From positions 107,214-171,213 of IMG/VR virus record IMGVR_UViG_2595698869_000001: a stretch of 64,000 nt of DNA, one strand, 5' to 3'. The stretch is from a virus. Lineage: Duplodnaviria > Heunggongvirae > Uroviricota > Caudoviricetes. Position numbers and translations under genes: made by a program. The notes beneath the pieces were generated by a model. That model worked only from the letters and a program-made list of their open reading frames with translations. It searched no databases and was not told the DNA's origin. Within the stretch, counting starts at the first letter, position 1; every line of letters begins with the position of its first letter. Shown in pieces: positions 61,935 through 64,000 of this stretch.

Positions 61935-62653
61935 ACGACGAGATCAAGAGAACCCACGAGGCCTACGGGACCATCGGCTATAGCCACACTCAGGGCGACA
62001 CCGATCTGGTCGGCGTCGACTACGCCCAGGGCCACTATGTGACCCTGACGATCAAGACGGCCGTCGCCTATGAGGGCGAGACCCATGACCGCTTCCACGG
62101 CGACAAGTACATCTGCAAGGTGGCGATGAGCGAGGTCCAGTGGGCCGCCTTCATCGCCAATCCGAACCGGGGCGACGGCGTGCCTTGCACCTTGCAGTTC
62201 TATCGCGATCCGCTGACCGGCGAGACCAAGCACCCGAAGTATCATCGCGAGCAAATGACCCGCGTCGAGCGCACCCGCGAGGCCGTCACCGCCCGCGCCA
62301 AGGCCCTGTCGACCAAGGTCAAGGAGGCCCAGGCCGAGCTTCAGCGGCTGATGGACGGCGGCCCGATCAAGAAGGGCGATCTGAAGACGCTCAAGGACCT
62401 GCTCTACTTCGCCAACCAGGACATGGAGTCGAACCTCGGCTACTTCGTCGAGCGGGTGGAGGAGACCATCGACAAGGCGGTGGTCGACGCCAAGGCCCAG
62501 GTCGACGCCCACGTCGACTTCGTGGTTCGCGAACTGGGGGTGCGGGCTCTGGGCGCGCGGCTCCAGGAGGCCATCGACGCGGGGCATGATCCTGGCGCCG
62601 TGGGGCAGGCCCTGATCGGGCTCGTGGCGCCGCCGGAGGCAGACCCGACGTGA
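61931..62653 (+). CDS. hypothetical protein (240 aa)
   Basis: ATGA overlap. Confidence 0.5.
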   Translation: MNDEIKRTHEAYGTIGYSHTQGDTDLVGVDYAQGHYVTLTIKTAVAYEGETHDRFHGDKYICKVAMSEVQWAAFIANPNRGDGVPCTLQFYRDPLTGETKHPKYHREQMTRVERTREAVTARAKALSTKVKEAQAELQRLMDGGPIKKGDLKTLKDLLYFANQDMESNLGYFVERVEETIDKAVVDAKAQVDAHVDFVVRELGVRALGARLQEAIDAGHDPGAVGQALIGLVAPPEADPT

Positions 62654-62895
62654 GCCGCCGGTTCCTCAACCGCTGGGCCGAGGCGGTCGACGGCTCGCCC
62701 CAGTCCAAGCCCTTCCGGACCAAGGGCCTGTCGTTCGCCCATGCCCGCAGGACGGCGCGGGAGACCCAAGGGGTCGTCGCCGTCGAACACCAAGAACCCG
62801 TCAGCGACGCCTCGCCCAACTGGGCGGTGATCGAGCGCTGGGAATTCTATCCCGACGGCCGTGAGCGCCGCACCCTCAAGCTGGAGACCGTCTGA
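62650..62895 (+). CDS. hypothetical small protein
   Basis: GTGA overlap. Confidence 0.4.
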   Translation: MSRRFLNRWAEAVDGSPQSKPFRTKGLSFAHARRTARETQGVVAVEHQEPVSDASPNWAVIERWEFYPDGRERRTLKLETV

Positions 62896-62896
62896 C

Positions 62897-63391
62897 ATGA
62901 CCCGCAGCACCGCCGACATCATCGCCCGCATCAAGGCCCTGGAGGAAGACCCCAGCGACTTCTTCGGCTTCCAGACCAATGATCTGGTCTGCTACCTGCC
63001 GTTCGAGGACGCCAAGCCCTGGCTGAATGAAAACGCCACGCCCGAGGTCTGGACGCCCAACGTCAAAACCCCCGAGGCGATCAAGCAGGTCATCCTCGAC
63101 TACATGGAGTTCGCCTGGGACAAGGCCAACAACCGGCGCGGCCTGTCCGCCGGCCGCTCGCTCGATCACATGAAGGCGTGGCTCTGGATGCTGGAGGAGG
63201 ACGCGGCCTGGGTCGCGGCCCTGAAGCTCTCCGACTATACCCACTACGGCAAGCCGCAGCTTCGCGCGATCTGCAAGCGCTTCGGCTGGGACTGGACGCA
63301 GTGGGACGACGGGCGGTGGTCCAGCCGCGAGTTCGGCGATGATCACGCGCCCGAGGACGTCGAGGAAGTCGGGATCATCGAGCCCGCCTGA
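62897..63391 (+). CDS. hypothetical protein (164 aa)
   Basis: ATG one nt after upstream TGA. Confidence 0.45.
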   Translation: MTRSTADIIARIKALEEDPSDFFGFQTNDLVCYLPFEDAKPWLNENATPEVWTPNVKTPEAIKQVILDYMEFAWDKANNRRGLSAGRSLDHMKAWLWMLEEDAAWVAALKLSDYTHYGKPQLRAICKRFGWDWTQWDDGRWSSREFGDDHAPEDVEEVGIIEPA

Positions 63392-63409
63392 GTCTTTCCT
63401 GGCGCGAAA

Positions 63410-63470
63410 GTGTTGACAGCCTGAAGGGACTCCTCTACACCCACGCTCGACGACAACGAGAGGAGTTCCC
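63410..63470 (+). promoter_or_regulatory. Cassette promoter + leader
   Basis: GTGTTGACAgcctgaagggactcctCTACACCcacgctcGACGACAACGAGAGGAGttcccATG. Confidence 0.5.
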
Positions 63471-64000
63471 ATGGCCGAGACCATGTCCCTGAGTTTCCGG
63501 ATCGAAGGCGCCGCTCTGGTGGAGCGGGCGCGCGATCGCGTCATCGAAGGTAACTGGGAGCACGGCCTGCGCATCCTGGTCGAGGGCCTGCACGGCATGT
63601 CCTACGAACTCGCGATCGACATCCTGCTTGGCAAGCACACCCTGGGCGGCTGGTCCTCGGACCCCGAGGGCGTCTATCTCACCGACCAGGACCCGGAGGA
63701 CGAGACTTTCAAGCGCTACAAGGAAACCCTCGACTACCAGTTCGCCGGCGTCTTCAAGCTGGACGACGGCCGGATCATGCGCCCCTACGCGGTGGTCGAC
63801 AGCTTCTCCAAGATCGACTTCGACTCTAGGGTCCGCTTCCTGCGGCTGGCCCAAGGCTCGGACCCGGTGTTCTCGCGCCCCAAGCGCTATCACGACCCCC
63901 GCGCCGAGATCAACGGCGAGGAGATCGACTGGGCCTATCGCGCCCTGCACTACGCCGACGAGCCGACCCAGGACATCGTCCGTCTGGTCCGCATGGAGGG
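63471..64000 (+). CDS. hypothetical protein, 5' part (runs off window)
   Basis: ATG after full cassette leader; high GC3; no stop before window end. Confidence 0.5.
   Translation, partial: MAETMSLSFRIEGAALVERARDRVIEGNWEHGLRILVEGLHGMSYELAIDILLGKHTLGGWSSDPEGVYLTDQDPEDETFKRYKETLDYQFAGVFKLDDGRIMRPYAVVDSFSKIDFDSRVRFLRLAQGSDPVFSRPKRYHDPRAEINGEEIDWAYRALHYADEPTQDIVRLVRME

Noticed and set aside
1-64000. CRISPR arrays, rRNA, integrated IS elements
   Set aside because: No regularly spaced direct repeats, rRNA-like segments or transposase genes were seen. The only recurrent element is the promoter cassette, which is strand-matched to genes and irregularly spaced.

Overview
High-GC (~65%) tightly packed DNA. 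It reads as a segment of a large tailed-phage genome, or a prophage, from an alphaproteobacterial (Caulobacter-like) host. The evidence is a phage-encoded GcrA homolog, host sigma73-type promoters (TTGACA/GCTANAWC) and an rIIA/rIIB pair. I call about 115 protein genes and no RNA genes or CRISPR arrays. The genes fall into five strand blocks: 1-6540 minus, 6650-12783 plus, a 12862-14818 regulatory island of mixed strand, a long leftward block 14897-57750 minus, and 57886-64000 plus.

Recognisable functions:
- Replication and repair: SNF2 helicase (partial), primase/SF3-helicase, ATP-dependent DNA ligase, HhH-GPD glycosylase.
- Host takeover or counter-defence: rIIA/rIIB, NadV+NatV NAD+ salvage (NARP2-like), RtcB RNA ligase, MazG-like pyrophosphatase, HD-domain (p)ppGpp-hydrolase-like protein, PTH2 peptidyl-tRNA hydrolase, ArdC-like antirestriction protein, orphan HslV-like peptidase, acyl carrier protein, HAD 5'-nucleotidase, and two HNH endonucleases.
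- Regulators: GcrA-like protein, two XRE HTH proteins, MarR-like wHTH proteins.
- A short tyrosine recombinase, an SPFH lipoprotein operon and many small or membrane ORFs.

The most striking structure is a roughly 70-bp promoter-leader cassette present about 19 times: GTGTTGACA, a 16-bp spacer, CTAGAAG, a few bp, then GACGACAACGAAGGAG 5-8 bp ahead of the start codon. A second promoter class carries a GANTC site (GAATC) abutting the -35 box and sits in front of the replication genes. Gene starts are derived from the supplied ORF track. Promoter and terminator coordinates are counted by hand and are good to +/-2 bp. No homology search was run, so every function is assigned from motifs visible in the translations.
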